From assembly GCA_024280475.1 (NCBI GenBank), contig JAJRQA010000183.1:1-42621 (forward strand): a DNA stretch of 42,621 nucleotides, in the 5' to 3' direction. Made by a program: the position numbers and the translations under genes. This document shows positions 26,794-36,381 of the stretch, piece after piece. The stretch is from Alphaproteobacteria bacterium. GTDB lineage: Bacteria > Pseudomonadota > Alphaproteobacteria > Rhizobiales > JAKIUO01. The notes beneath the pieces were generated by a model. The model was not told where the DNA came from, ran no database searches, and saw only the letters and a program-made list of their open reading frames with translations. How positions within the stretch are numbered: the stretch's first letter is position 1; each line of letters begins with the position of its first letter.

Positions 26794-28128
26794 CTAGCCC
26801 TCTTTCTTGTCATCCCCACTGTCATCTCCATCGGTAGTTGCTCCGCCGATAAGAGCGGCCGCTTCTTTGGCGGCATCCATGGTGCTTTGTGTCAGGTTCC
26901 CTGCCGTCTCGGCGACACCGGTAACCGCGCTGCTCGCAGCATCTTTAGCCCCGCCAGCGACAACTCCGGCCGCGCCCGCCACAGCGGCTGCGGCAACTCC
27001 TGCCATATCAGTTGCTCCGCTCGCCACGTCTCCAGTAGTCTCTGCGGCGCTCGACGCAGCGCTTCCCGCCACATCAACCGCTTTTTCAGCCATGTCTCCG
27101 GCAACAGATGCGGTGGCTTTGGCGGCGTCCATTGCGCCCCCTGCCATATCACCAGCGGTATCGGCGGCACTTGACGCAGCGCTTCCCGCTACATCGACCG
27201 CTTTTCCGGCCACGTCTCCGGCAACAGATGCGGTGGCTTTGGCGGCGTCCATTGCGCCCCCTGCCATATCACCAGCGGTATCGGCGGCGCTTGATGCCGC
27301 GCTTCCCGCTACATCGACCGCTTTTCCGGCCACGTCTCCGGCAACAGATGCGGTGGCTTTTGCGGCGTCCATTGCGCCCCCTGCCATATCACCAGCGGTA
27401 TCGGCGGCGCTTGCCGCCGCGCTTCCCGCTACATCGACCGCTTTTTCAGCCATGTCTCCGGCAACGGATGCTGTGGCCTTTGCGGCATCCACCGCGCCTC
27501 CAGCAACATCTCCAGCGGCGCTGGCGACCGATGCGGCGCCTTTGGCTCCCGCAACGACAGCAGCACCGGTGAGAGCGGCTGCTCCCCCCGCGACCGTCGC
27601 GGCGGATTTAAGATTGGATATGAGACTTTTTTCCCGGCGGGTACTGATACCAACACTGATCAGCAGCACGATCATCACCAGGGCGAACAGATTGATGCCA
27701 AGGCTCATAACTGTGGGATCACCTCCCCCTATCATCAGATCAAATTGGCTTTCCGGCGCTCCTAGTGGCGCTCCGTTGGTTGGAAAGCCAAAACCGCCCG
27801 CCAGCATATCCATAGCAAAGGCCATGCTGCCAAAGGCGTAGACTTTATAAGTGAGAAAGGCGGTGACGATGGCCGGTAATTGTAGCAGCCAAAATATGAC
27901 ATTTGCTATAGTTGATCCGGCGCGCCGCTCCAGCAGCCAAAAACTGCACATGATGCCATACAGGAAGAACAATCCCCCAAGAAGGGTCAAAAACAGCTCG
28001 AAATAGCTACCTCCCCCAGCGTTCAAATTACCAAAATTAGTGGTGACCACTGATAGACCGTAGACTGATCCAACCATTGCCACGATTGCCAATATTCTGC
28101 GAAGCCAAGTCTGCATTGTGCTCTCCAT
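26794..28128 (-). CDS. membrane-anchored Ala/Gly/Asp-rich tandem-repeat protein (novel)
   Basis: The N-terminal ~170 aa carry 4 predicted TM helices. About 260 aa of near-identical 40-aa repeats follow (AGDMAGGAMDAAKATASVAGDVAGKAVDVAGSAASSAADT), built from a 20-aa half-repeat, with an acidic C-terminal tail (DGDDSGDDKKEG). The start at ATG 28128 or 28116 is ambiguous, and the frame reaches a TTG at 28137. Confidence 0.65.
   Translation of the reverse strand: MESTMQTWLRRILAIVAMVGSVYGLSVVTTNFGNLNAGGGSYFELFLTLLGGLFFLYGIMCSFWLLERRAGSTIANVIFWLLQLPAIVTAFLTYKVYAFGSMAFAMDMLAGGFGFPTNGAPLGAPESQFDLMIGGGDPTVMSLGINLFALVMIVLLISVGISTRREKSLISNLKSAATVAGGAAALTGAAVVAGAKGAASVASAAGDVAGGAVDAAKATASVAGDMAEKAVDVAGSAAASAADTAGDMAGGAMDAAKATASVAGDVAGKAVDVAGSAASSAADTAGDMAGGAMDAAKATASVAGDVAGKAVDVAGSAASSAADTAGDMAGGAMDAAKATASVAGDMAEKAVDVAGSAASSAAETTGDVASGATDMAGVAAAAVAGAAGVVAGGAKDAASSAVTGVAETAGNLTQSTMDAAKEAAALIGGATTDGDDSGDDKKEG
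27092..27480. repeat. tandem 120-bp DNA repeats (about 3.3 copies, ~97-99% identical) inside the repeat-protein CDS
   Basis: catgtctccggcaacagatgcggtggctttggcggcgtccattgcgccccctgccatatcaccagcggtatcggcggc... recurs at 27092, 27212 and 27332. Confidence 0.85.
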
Positions 28129-28266
28129 GTATCCCAATTATTTTTATGCTAAGCTAGTTTACTCATTTTTTTCCAGATCATCAAGCAGGGGTCCGGGTAT
28201 CACTTTATTGCAGGTCTTGCAACAAGTAGGCGAGCGCGCCATAACATTGCTCAAAGGAGCAGCTTT

Positions 28267-29301
28267 ATGAAACAGAATGAGCGGGTATTTTCCGGTGTGC
28301 AGCCAACTGGAAATCTGCATTTGGGCAATTATTTGGGGGCCATCAAGCGATTTGTTGCCTTGCAAGAAGAGCATGAATGTCTTTATTGCGTGGTCGATTT
28401 GCACGCCATAACCGTTTGGCAGGACCCTGAAAGCCTTGCTCATAATATCCGTGAAGTGGCCGCTGCTTTTATCGCCTCTGGGATTGATCCTGCAAAGCAG
28501 ATCATCTTCAATCAAAGTCAGGTCTCTGGTCATGCTGAACTGGCATGGATTTTCAATTGTGTTGCGCGCATGGGGTGGCTGAACCGCATGACCCAGTTCA
28601 AGGAAAAGGCTGGCAAGCACAAGGAAAACGCTTCGGTTGGATTGTTTTCCTATCCAAATCTTATGGCTGCCGATATTTTGCTATATCGCGCAACTCATGT
28701 GCCGGTGGGAGCAGATCAGAAACAGCATTTGGAACTGGCCCGTGATATAGCCCAAAAGTTCAATAATGATTTTGCTTCCAGCATTGAAAAATGCGGGCAT
28801 GAGGAGGGCTTTTTTCCCCTGCCCAAGCCGTTGATCGCGGGGCCGGCGACGAGGGTCATGTCGCTTCGCAATGGTGCGGAAAAGATGAGCAAATCTGCTC
28901 CTTCTGATATGACACGCATAAATCTGACCGATGATCGAGATCTGATCGCCAAAAAGATTAAAAAGGCCAAAACCGATCCAGAACCCTTGCCGTCGGAGGA
29001 AGCTGGACTTGCGGATCGTCCAGAGGCTGCCAACCTTGTTGGCATTTATGCAGCACTTGCCGAGATGCCCGTGAGTGATGTTTTGGCTCAGCACGGGGGA
29101 GCGGGGTTTGGGGCCTTTAAACCTGAGCTCATTGAACTGGCGGTGCAAAAGCTATCTCCCATTAGCGAAGAAATGCAAAAATTGATGGGAGAGGCTGGAG
29201 AAATTGACGCCATCTTGATCGATGGTGCTAACCGGGCTCGCGAAATTGCGGATCCCGTCATGGCCAGGGTCAAAGAAATCGTCGGTTTTATTGGCAAATA
29301 A
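28267..29301 (+). CDS. trpS: tryptophan--tRNA ligase
   Basis: It has the class I aaRS HIGH-like signature (GNLHLGNY...) and the KMSKS motif (KMSKS at ...[12 protein letters not shown]), in 344 aa. Confidence 0.9.
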   Translation: MKQNERVFSGVQPTGNLHLGNYLGAIKRFVALQEEHECLYCVVDLHAITVWQDPESLAHNIREVAAAFIASGIDPAKQIIFNQSQVSGHAELAWIFNCVARMGWLNRMTQFKEKAGKHKENASVGLFSYPNLMAADILLYRATHVPVGADQKQHLELARDIAQKFNNDFASSIEKCGHEEGFFPLPKPLIAGPATRVMSLRNGAEKMSKSAPSDMTRINLTDDRDLIAKKIKKAKTDPEPLPSEEAGLADRPEAANLVGIYAALAEMPVSDVLAQHGGAGFGAFKPELIELAVQKLSPISEEMQKLMGEAGEIDAILIDGANRAREIADPVMARVKEIVGFIGK

Positions 29302-29302
29302 A

Positions 29303-29336
29303 AAAACCGGCGCGAGGAGAACCCTCTCGCCGGTTT
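29303..29336. terminator. putative bidirectional intrinsic terminator between convergent trpS and tadE-like genes
   Basis: The sequence aaaaaaaccggcgcgaggagaaccctctcgccggttt is a GC-rich imperfect hairpin flanked by A-run and T-run. Confidence 0.45.
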
Positions 29337-29358
29337 AAACAAAATCCCGCATATCTGA

Positions 29359-30006
29359 CTATTCCAGATCTGAGAAATCCGAGTTCGCACAACCATCTAC
29401 TGAACCACCGGCACCCTCGTTGAGAACTGACGGTGTCTCCTTGAGACGGGGGCGCAGATAATAGTGATCGGACAAGGTCATTGAATTCACATATTTTCCA
29501 AGCGGTGAGGTATATTCATATGAAACTTCCGCCAAAATCAGGCTTGTTCCCTTGATCGTCAAGACCGGTTTGTCGTCCGCATCAAGCGGCAGCGGTACGA
29601 CTTCCATGCGTGCGTAACTCTTGACGCCGCCATTCACATAGTTGGCGCTCCAGTCGATGCGGCCTGTATCATCGCCAGCATGGCAGATGCTTGACACCGT
29701 GATGTGCAGGTTTTCAACGCCGTAAGGCTTCAGATAGGTACTGGCAGCATCAAAAATATTGTCTATCTGCCCCGATATGTCGGCAGATTGCGCCACCAGG
29801 TCAGCGGTTGCTCCAGCCAGGTCGGTGACGCGGCGGTCGGCTGACAAGGCGTGATGAAGCTCAACACTGCCCATATACAAGGTAACCATGATCGGGGCGA
29901 TCAGGGCAAATTCCAGAGCAGCAACCCCTTTATTGTCGCGCTTCAAGCGAGTGATGAATTTTTTATAAGCGTTAATCGCTGTTTTATGAGAGGTCTTGAG
30001 AAACAC
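29359..30006 (-). CDS. TadE/TadG family pilus-assembly (pseudopilin-like) protein
   Basis: The N-terminus has ...RLKRDNKGVAALEFALIAPIMVTL, the TadE-like N-terminal motif (RDxRGxAAVEFAL). The GTG start has an AAGGAG SD. Confidence 0.75.
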   Translation of the reverse strand: MFLKTSHKTAINAYKKFITRLKRDNKGVAALEFALIAPIMVTLYMGSVELHHALSADRRVTDLAGATADLVAQSADISGQIDNIFDAASTYLKPYGVENLHITVSSICHAGDDTGRIDWSANYVNGGVKSYARMEVVPLPLDADDKPVLTIKGTSLILAEVSYEYTSPLGKYVNSMTLSDHYYLRPRLKETPSVLNEGAGGSVDGCANSDFSDLE

Positions 30007-30102
30007 GTTTCTACTCCTTGAGCGCGGGGCTCTTTTTACTTTTTCAAGCTCATATACAAGTTCAGTTTGCGCCGATCCCGTAAAGGCGGCGGCAACCGTA
30101 CC

Positions 30103-30678
30103 CTATGAGAACGGTTCGTTACGAAAGACCGAGATTGCATTGATCATGCGGTGATGGGGACCAGCATTGGCGAGGCCAACGACGGGTAGTTGGGCCAGAA
30201 GTTTCATTTTGTAAAACACGCGAACCACAACAACCTTGAGGCCGGAACCAAGACTAAACTCTTCATCGCCGGTGAATTCTCCGTCATCATCATGCATTTC
30301 ACCAGGATCGATCGAAATTGTCTCGAAATCATCGTAGGCGCGCACATCGATCACCAGCAGATCCGTGGTTTTGCAATCGGAGATCAGAACCGTATTGTCA
30401 CAGACAAGATCCTTGAACTGGGTTGCCGACAGATTGGCGACCTGGGCTTGACCGGTACGGATCTGGCGAGAGGCGTCGCGGACGGCATTTTCGAGATCCA
30501 GCGTTGTCATATGGACAAGCGCGGTTTCCAAAAGGGCTACAATGAGGATCAAAAATGGCGCGGCAATAATGCCAAATTCAATTGCTGTGACGCCTTCTTC
30601 ATCGCGGCGCAGTCTGCCAACGAGACGCGCAAACGGGGATTTGGGCTGCGGTATGATTTCTTCGTTCTCAATTGACAT
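30103..30678 (-). CDS. TadE family pilus-assembly protein
   Basis: It has the RLRRDEEGVTAIEFGIIAAPFLIL TadE motif followed by a TM helix, in 191 aa. Confidence 0.75.
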   Translation of the reverse strand: MSIENEEIIPQPKSPFARLVGRLRRDEEGVTAIEFGIIAAPFLILIVALLETALVHMTTLDLENAVRDASRQIRTGQAQVANLSATQFKDLVCDNTVLISDCKTTDLLVIDVRAYDDFETISIDPGEMHDDDGEFTGDEEFSLGSGLKVVVVRVFYKMKLLAQLPVVGLANAGPHHRMINAISVFRNEPFS

Positions 30679-30890
30679 ACGCGTTTGATCCCTTATTGGA
30701 TAGAAAATGGAATAAGTTTATTCGCCTACGCACGATAGGCATCATTCTATTGATAAATGGTTGCAAAAAATGATTAATTCGCCCAAATAGCGTCGTTTTG
30801 CGGTGCTTTCAAGCGATTAGGGTTGATGCGAATGGTTACTCAATTATTATTCGAAAACGGGGGCACGATTTGTTGTGGCTATTGGTCACA

Positions 30891-31259
30891 ATGAACCAGC
30901 AACGCCAAAAGGCCTATCGTAGAGGGATGCGAGCGGAAACCGTTGCCGCGATATTTTTGATGGCCAGAGGTTATCGGATATTGGAGCGCCGCTACAAGAC
31001 GCCGGTGGGCGAGGTCGATCTGATTGTCGCCAATGCCCGAAGGCTGGCATTTGTCGAGGTCAAGGGGCGAGCAGGGCTTGATGAGGCGTTTGGTGCCGTG
31101 TCGATGCGTCAGCAACAAAGGATCAAGCGAGCCGCCAGCCATTGGCTCGGGAAGCAAAGAGTGCCACACCGGGGTGAAATCGGCTTTGATGTCGTCGCCA
31201 TTGTGCCGTGGAAACTCCCTCGCCACGAAAAAGATGCTTTTTCCCACACCATCTCTTGA
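30891..31259 (+). CDS. yraN: YraN family (UPF0102) endonuclease-like protein
   Basis: Motifs GEVDLI, FVEVK, GFDVVAI and KDAF match E. coli YraN (GEIDLI/FVEVR/RFDVVAF/KDAF). I chose the start at MNQQRQ (30891). The yraN-gshB adjacency is conserved. Confidence 0.75.
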   Translation: MNQQRQKAYRRGMRAETVAAIFLMARGYRILERRYKTPVGEVDLIVANARRLAFVEVKGRAGLDEAFGAVSMRQQQRIKRAASHWLGKQRVPHRGEIGFDVVAIVPWKLPRHEKDAFSHTIS

Positions 31260-31338
31260 CGGCGTACGAGTGTCACTCCAAATATCAAAACCAGATACAG
31301 ATCTCGTTTACTTAATCCAGACAATCAAAGGGTATTAG

Positions 31339-32280
31339 ATGGCTTACCATATCGGCGTGCAGATGGATCCGGTCGACAAGATTGATATTCAAGGCGACAG
31401 CACGTTTGCGCTGATGCTTGAAGCGCAAAAGCGTGGACACAAACTGTTTTACTATCAGCCTGATCAACTATCGATGATTGGCGATGAGCTTACAGCAACA
31501 GGCCGCGACATCGAGGTATTTGATAAGGTCGGGGCGCATTTCAAGGCGGGCGATCTCACGCAGATTAACCCGGCAGCGCTCGATGTGGTATTGTTGCGTC
31601 AGGACCCGCCCTTTGACATGCATTACATCACAACCACCCATCTGTTAGAGCGCATCCATCCCAAAACACTGGTGGTCAATGATCCGTTTCATGTGCGCAA
31701 TGCGCCAGAAAAACTATTCGTGATGGAATATGCCGAGCTGATGCCGGCAACCTTGATCGCTCGTCAGCTGGCCGATGTGAAGGCGTTTCGAGACGAGCAC
31801 AAGAATATCATCATCAAGCCTCTATATGGCAATGGCGGCGCCGGGGTCTTTCTTTTGCGCGAAGGGGATACCAATCTTGGCGCGCTCACCGAGATGTTTG
31901 ACGAGATGTTTCGTGAACCCTATATCGTGCAGCAATATCTCCCCGATGTGCGAGCCGGAGACAAGCGCATCATTTTGGTGGACGGTGAGCCGGTGGGGGC
32001 ATTGAACCGAATACCAGCTGGCGACGAAACCCGCTCCAACATGCATGTGGGCGGGCGGCCCGAATTGATCGAACTCACAAAGCGGGATTTTGAAATTTGC
32101 GAGGCCATTGGTCCAGAGCTGAAGCGCCGTGGACTGTTGTTCACCGGTATCGATGTGATCGGTGATAAAATGACCGAGATCAATGTCACCTCGCCTACCG
32201 GACTTCGAGAGATCCATCGTTTTGGTGGTGCCGATATTGCGTCGCTGATCTGGGATGCCATTGAAGACAAGCTGTCCTGA
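31339..32280 (+). CDS. gshB: glutathione synthase
   Basis: It has the ATP-grasp fold, the N-terminal [34 protein letters not shown] and the C-terminal signature typical of prokaryotic GshB, in 313 aa. Confidence 0.85.
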   Translation: MAYHIGVQMDPVDKIDIQGDSTFALMLEAQKRGHKLFYYQPDQLSMIGDELTATGRDIEVFDKVGAHFKAGDLTQINPAALDVVLLRQDPPFDMHYITTTHLLERIHPKTLVVNDPFHVRNAPEKLFVMEYAELMPATLIARQLADVKAFRDEHKNIIIKPLYGNGGAGVFLLREGDTNLGALTEMFDEMFREPYIVQQYLPDVRAGDKRIILVDGEPVGALNRIPAGDETRSNMHVGGRPELIELTKRDFEICEAIGPELKRRGLLFTGIDVIGDKMTEINVTSPTGLREIHRFGGADIASLIWDAIEDKLS

Positions 32281-32465
32281 TAACAGGTTTTGCACAGAAC
32301 GCCTCTAGTATGTTCACATAATGTTCTTGTGTTATTAAGGCCTCTGGGCTATGGTGATGCCAGGGACTTTCGGCTTTTGGTTGATTTAATGAAAGTCCCT
32401 ATTTTTTCGTTTTAGCGTGCTTCTTATCGGAAAACCGGTACCCACTTTTCTTCGAAGCACTCTAG

Positions 32466-34034
32466 TTGAACTTGTCATTTGGGGGCATGGAAATGTTTGC
32501 ACAGGTCGCGACAGTGGCATTTGCCGGAATCGAAGCAAAGCGCGTTGATGTGCAGGTGCAGATCTCACCTGGATTACCAGCATTTGTAGTGGTTGGATTG
32601 CCTGACAAGGCGGTTGGTGAAAGTCGTGAGCGGGTGCGCGCCGCCTTGCATGCTGTGGGTCTGGCCCTTCCTGCCAAACATATCACCGTCAATCTGGCCC
32701 CTGCCGATATGCCCAAAGAAGGTAGTCATTATGATCTACCGATTGTGCTGGCCATGATGGCCTGTATGGGAGCCATGCCTTTTGATCAGCTCAAGGGATA
32801 TTGCGTGATTGGCGAACTGGCGCTGGATGGGTCGATTTCCATGGTGCCGGGCGGATTACCAGCAGCGATTGGTGCCAATGAACAAGGTCTTGGCCTTATT
32901 TGCCCGCGCGAATGTGGGGCTGAAGCTGCCTGGGCCTCAAAGGATATGGACATTCTGGCTCCGGGGCATTTGCTGGAGCTGATCAATCATTTTAAAGGGT
33001 TGCAAATACTCTCACCACCGCGTGCTGTGCTTGAAGAAACCCCTTCTGATTTGCTTGATCTTTGCGATGTGCGGGGGCAGGAAAGCGCTCGCCGGGCTCT
33101 TGAGGTCGCAGCTGCCGGGGGGCATAATTTGCTTATGACCGGTCCGCCCGGGTCTGGCAAAAGCATGCTGGCGGCAAGATTGCCATCGATTTTGCCTGCG
33201 CTTCAACCTGCCGAGATGCTCGAAGTCAGCATGATACGATCAATGGCCGGTGAATTGGCCGGGGGGCAAATCGGCCGTGAGCGACCGTTTCGCGCGCCGC
33301 ATCATTCTGCATCCATGGCGGCTTTGGTGGGGGGCGGTGCTCGGCCCAAACCTGGCGAAGTGGCACTGGCTCATATGGGGGTTTTGTTTCTCGATGAATT
33401 GCCGGAATTTTCTGTGCAAGTGCTTGATAGTTTGCGCCAGCCCATCGAAACCGGTGAAGTGGTGATCGCCCGTGCCAATCACCGCATTGCCTACCCTTCT
33501 CGTATTCAGCTGGTGGCGGCGATGAATCCGTGCAAGTGCGGGCGCGCCTTTGAGCCAGGTTTTGCCTGTGCCAGGGGCGCTCATTGCGCAGAGCGTTATC
33601 AATCGCGCCTATCTGGTCCCTTACTCGATCGCTTTGATCTGCAAGTTGAGGTGCCAGCTGTGTCGATCGCGGATTTGATGATGCCGGATAAAAACGCCGC
33701 CTGCGAGAGCAGTCAACCGGTGCGCGAGCGCGTCAGTGCGGCGCGCCACCGCCAGTCCGAGCGCTTTCAAAACATGGGGCTAAAAAATGTGCGTACCAAT
33801 AGTGAGCTGTTTGGTGAGGCGCTGGATGAATGTACAAGGCCTGATAATGAGGGCCTGCGCCTGTTGCGCGATGCTTGTGACAAACTGCGTCTTACGGCGC
33901 GAGGATTTCATCGCACCTTGAAAGTGGCGCGCACGTTGGCCGATCTTGATGGATGCGATGACGTAACGCGCATCCATATCGCCGAAGCATTGTCCTATCG
34001 CGGAGAAACTTTGCGCCAGAAGGTTCTGGCGTAA
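32466..34034 (+). CDS. yifB: YifB/ComM family Mg-chelatase-like AAA+ ATPase
   Basis: It has an N-terminal Lon-protease-like domain, Walker A GPPGSGKSM and Walker B VLFLDELPEF, in ~520 aa. An alternative start lies at 32487/32493. Confidence 0.85.
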   Translation: MNLSFGGMEMFAQVATVAFAGIEAKRVDVQVQISPGLPAFVVVGLPDKAVGESRERVRAALHAVGLALPAKHITVNLAPADMPKEGSHYDLPIVLAMMACMGAMPFDQLKGYCVIGELALDGSISMVPGGLPAAIGANEQGLGLICPRECGAEAAWASKDMDILAPGHLLELINHFKGLQILSPPRAVLEETPSDLLDLCDVRGQESARRALEVAAAGGHNLLMTGPPGSGKSMLAARLPSILPALQPAEMLEVSMIRSMAGELAGGQIGRERPFRAPHHSASMAALVGGGARPKPGEVALAHMGVLFLDELPEFSVQVLDSLRQPIETGEVVIARANHRIAYPSRIQLVAAMNPCKCGRAFEPGFACARGAHCAERYQSRLSGPLLDRFDLQVEVPAVSIADLMMPDKNAACESSQPVRERVSAARHRQSERFQNMGLKNVRTNSELFGEALDECTRPDNEGLRLLRDACDKLRLTARGFHRTLKVARTLADLDGCDDVTRIHIAEALSYRGETLRQKVLA

Positions 34035-34119
34035 GAATGGGTTTGCCTGCCTAGCAATCTGTGCCTGATCGCGCGAGAGCGTGTTCCTGTTGGATTATCC
34101 TGGCGAGGATGGTCTGGAT

Positions 34120-35139
34120 CTATGGCACCTTGTTTTGTTTGCGCCAGAGCTGCGCTTTGGTTTGTGCCAATTGTCTTTGTTCTTTTTTGAGGCGGGCGAT
34201 TTTAATATCGAGAGGCAGATCCGAGACGCCCCGCTGGCGTGCCAGCAGGTGCCATTTTGCAGCTTCCACAACGTCTTTTTTGAACACCAGCCCATGTGCA
34301 TAGAGTTTGGCAACGCGGTTCTGGGCGATAGGATTGCCTTTTTGCGCGGCGCGCAAGAGCAAATCGGCCCCTTGCTTTTGGTCTTTTGCAACGCCTTTGC
34401 CTTGATAAAGCATCAAACCATATTCGAGTTCGGCAACGCTCAATCCAGCATTTGCGGCGAGCCCCATCCAGTGAGCGGCCTTGGCGGCGTCACGCTTGAC
34501 CCCAGACCCGGCCTGAAAAAGGCTGGCCAGATCATACTGGGCGCGCGCTTCATTTTGATTGGCAGCTTTTTGCAGCCAGAAAAAAGACTTTGTCATATCG
34601 ATCGGGCGACCGGTTCCTGCTGCGTGAACAAGTCCCAGATTATATTGCGCCAGGGCATGCCCCTGGGTGGCGGCTACCTCAAACAGATCCGCTGCCTGTT
34701 TGATGTCGCGTTTGACCCCATATCCCCCTGCGAGCTGCAAGGCGAGCGCGAACTGGGCATCTTGATCTCCATGTTCAGCGCCTCCCGCATACCACTGCGC
34801 GGCTGTTGTGAGATCTTTTTTAACCCCCAGACCTCCGGCATAAATGCGCCCGATCAGGGTAAAGGCTTGCGGTTCGCCTTTTTTGGACTGCGCCTTCGCC
34901 AATTTGAGGGCTTTTAAATACTGGCCTTTTCGAAAAGCTGCATAGGCAGGGTCGGCGCTGGTGGTTTCAATGCTTTGTGTTTTGGGAGCAATTTGCGCTG
35001 GTGAGCTGCTGGAACCAAGTCGTTCTTGTTGTTTGGAAGTGCTCTGTGCGTTTGCCGGTAATGCGCCAATAGCCAGCACTGTCAATATGAGCGGCGACAA
35101 AACTCGCACCGATCGATTGTTTGTGTTTCGATTGATCAC
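34120..35139 (-). CDS. Sel1-repeat (TPR-like) periplasmic protein
   Basis: It has a signal peptide (…ALPANA-QS) and about seven Sel1-like 36-aa repeats (A..W(Y/F)..AA.QG...AQ..LG..Y..G.GV..D). The GTG start has a GAGGTG SD. Confidence 0.7.
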   Translation of the reverse strand: MINRNTNNRSVRVLSPLILTVLAIGALPANAQSTSKQQERLGSSSSPAQIAPKTQSIETTSADPAYAAFRKGQYLKALKLAKAQSKKGEPQAFTLIGRIYAGGLGVKKDLTTAAQWYAGGAEHGDQDAQFALALQLAGGYGVKRDIKQAADLFEVAATQGHALAQYNLGLVHAAGTGRPIDMTKSFFWLQKAANQNEARAQYDLASLFQAGSGVKRDAAKAAHWMGLAANAGLSVAELEYGLMLYQGKGVAKDQKQGADLLLRAAQKGNPIAQNRVAKLYAHGLVFKKDVVEAAKWHLLARQRGVSDLPLDIKIARLKKEQRQLAQTKAQLWRKQNKVP

Positions 35140-35154
35140 CGCTCGTTCACCTCA

Positions 35155-35916
35155 TTACGATCCTGCTTCAATTATCGGACAGGTTTTGGCCAGCCAGGCC
35201 ACCAATTCATCATTGCTTGTAAGTGCCGACCACGCACTTGGGCCAATGGCGACGAAATCAGCCCCGATTTGTACGAATTCTTCGATTTGCGCACGATCTG
35301 CAACATCAAGTGCCAAACAGGGCACCTCAAAAAGCTGTTGCCACCAGTCCACAAGTTCAATAATGGTTTCTGGCACAAAGAGCTCATCCTCAGCTTCAAT
35401 ACTTCCTTTGTTCAAATCAAGGTCTTGATCGTCAGGCGAGGAATCTGCGTTAACCGCGCCGAACCCTACATAATCGGCACCAGCTTCACCCATTTGCATG
35501 GCGGCATGACGAGACATGCCGCAATCCACGCCCATAATAGCATCGGGACCCAACACATCGCGCGCTCGCGCAAAAAGCGGGGCATCTGCGCTCATATGAA
35601 GACCATCGCACCCCAGCTTATGCGCATTTTCAAGGGCTTTTTCGAAACTCTTGCGGTCTTGCGCATATTGGGGGGAGGTGAGATCGGCAAGCACGGCGAT
35701 GTTTTTTTGCTGTAAATCGCCCATCAGCGTTTTGAGCTGTTGTTGTTCATCGGCCGAACTTTGAGGGCCGCCCATTTCCTTGAGTGCTAGATTGACGCAG
35801 GCAATATCCAGCCTCGAGGTCAGGCGATCAAGCAATTGTGTCAAAGGTTCGATCTGATCGAGCACCAGTGCTGGAACAGTCAGATAAAGGCGGGTCTTGT
35901 GGTTGGCGGCGCTCAT
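35155..35916 (-). CDS. thiamine-phosphate synthase (TMP-TENI) family protein
   Basis: The 253-aa TIM-barrel-like pattern (…GADYVGFGAV… ADFVAIGPSAWS) resembles ThiE/TenI. The assignment is by motif only. Confidence 0.5.
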   Translation of the reverse strand: MSAANHKTRLYLTVPALVLDQIEPLTQLLDRLTSRLDIACVNLALKEMGGPQSSADEQQQLKTLMGDLQQKNIAVLADLTSPQYAQDRKSFEKALENAHKLGCDGLHMSADAPLFARARDVLGPDAIMGVDCGMSRHAAMQMGEAGADYVGFGAVNADSSPDDQDLDLNKGSIEAEDELFVPETIIELVDWWQQLFEVPCLALDVADRAQIEEFVQIGADFVAIGPSAWSALTSNDELVAWLAKTCPIIEAGS

Positions 35917-36381
35917 GAAATGTCCTGTATTCTAGACTTGGTTAAAAACGGGCGCGGCGGGTAAGGGCGCGTAATCAAACCCTTATTACTATGTCCGGTG
36001 CTCGAAACAAAATCATAAATGATAGTTGATTGCGGCTTTATTTCATCGAGCGATGGCGCTCACAGCCGTTCATATTAGTTGTAAAAACACGAGCGGAACA
36101 CGAAATCATTGATGACATCGGCGTACAATTAAGACATATTCTAAACTAGACAATCGATCATCTTATAATTGTAAGCCATTCTTGATTGGACTACAAATCG
36201 ACAAAACAACTGGCAGTGTCCTTGCATATGGGTCACCTTGAACATAAATGCAGGCAATGCAGATAATTTCCGATTGATCGGCTAAGAATGGTCTGAGACA
36301 AGAAAATATGCTGGTAAACAAGCTTTTTTTGGTGCAAACCCAGACAATGAGAACCGACAAGAATATAGATAGGGACGTTTC

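Noticed and set aside
26147-26797. Several 60-110-aa ORFs (26147-26479, 26251-26481, 26552-26797, 26575-27174) around the tRNA-like region
   Set aside because: They overlap the tRNA-like structures and each other, have no SD, and look like random frames.
27108-27572. 154-aa Arg/Pro-rich ORF (MRWLWRRPLRPLPYHQRYRR...)
   Set aside because: It is a third-frame artefact of the same tandem repeat, and its periodicity simply mirrors the 120-bp unit.
26807-27841. 344-aa Ala/Pro/Ser-rich plus-strand ORF over the 120-bp repeats
   Set aside because: It is antisense to the longer minus-strand ORF, which has a credible 4-TM N-terminus and start. The plus-strand frame has no plausible N- or C-terminal domain and ends in low-complexity junk. 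GC-rich repeats commonly give open frames on both strands.
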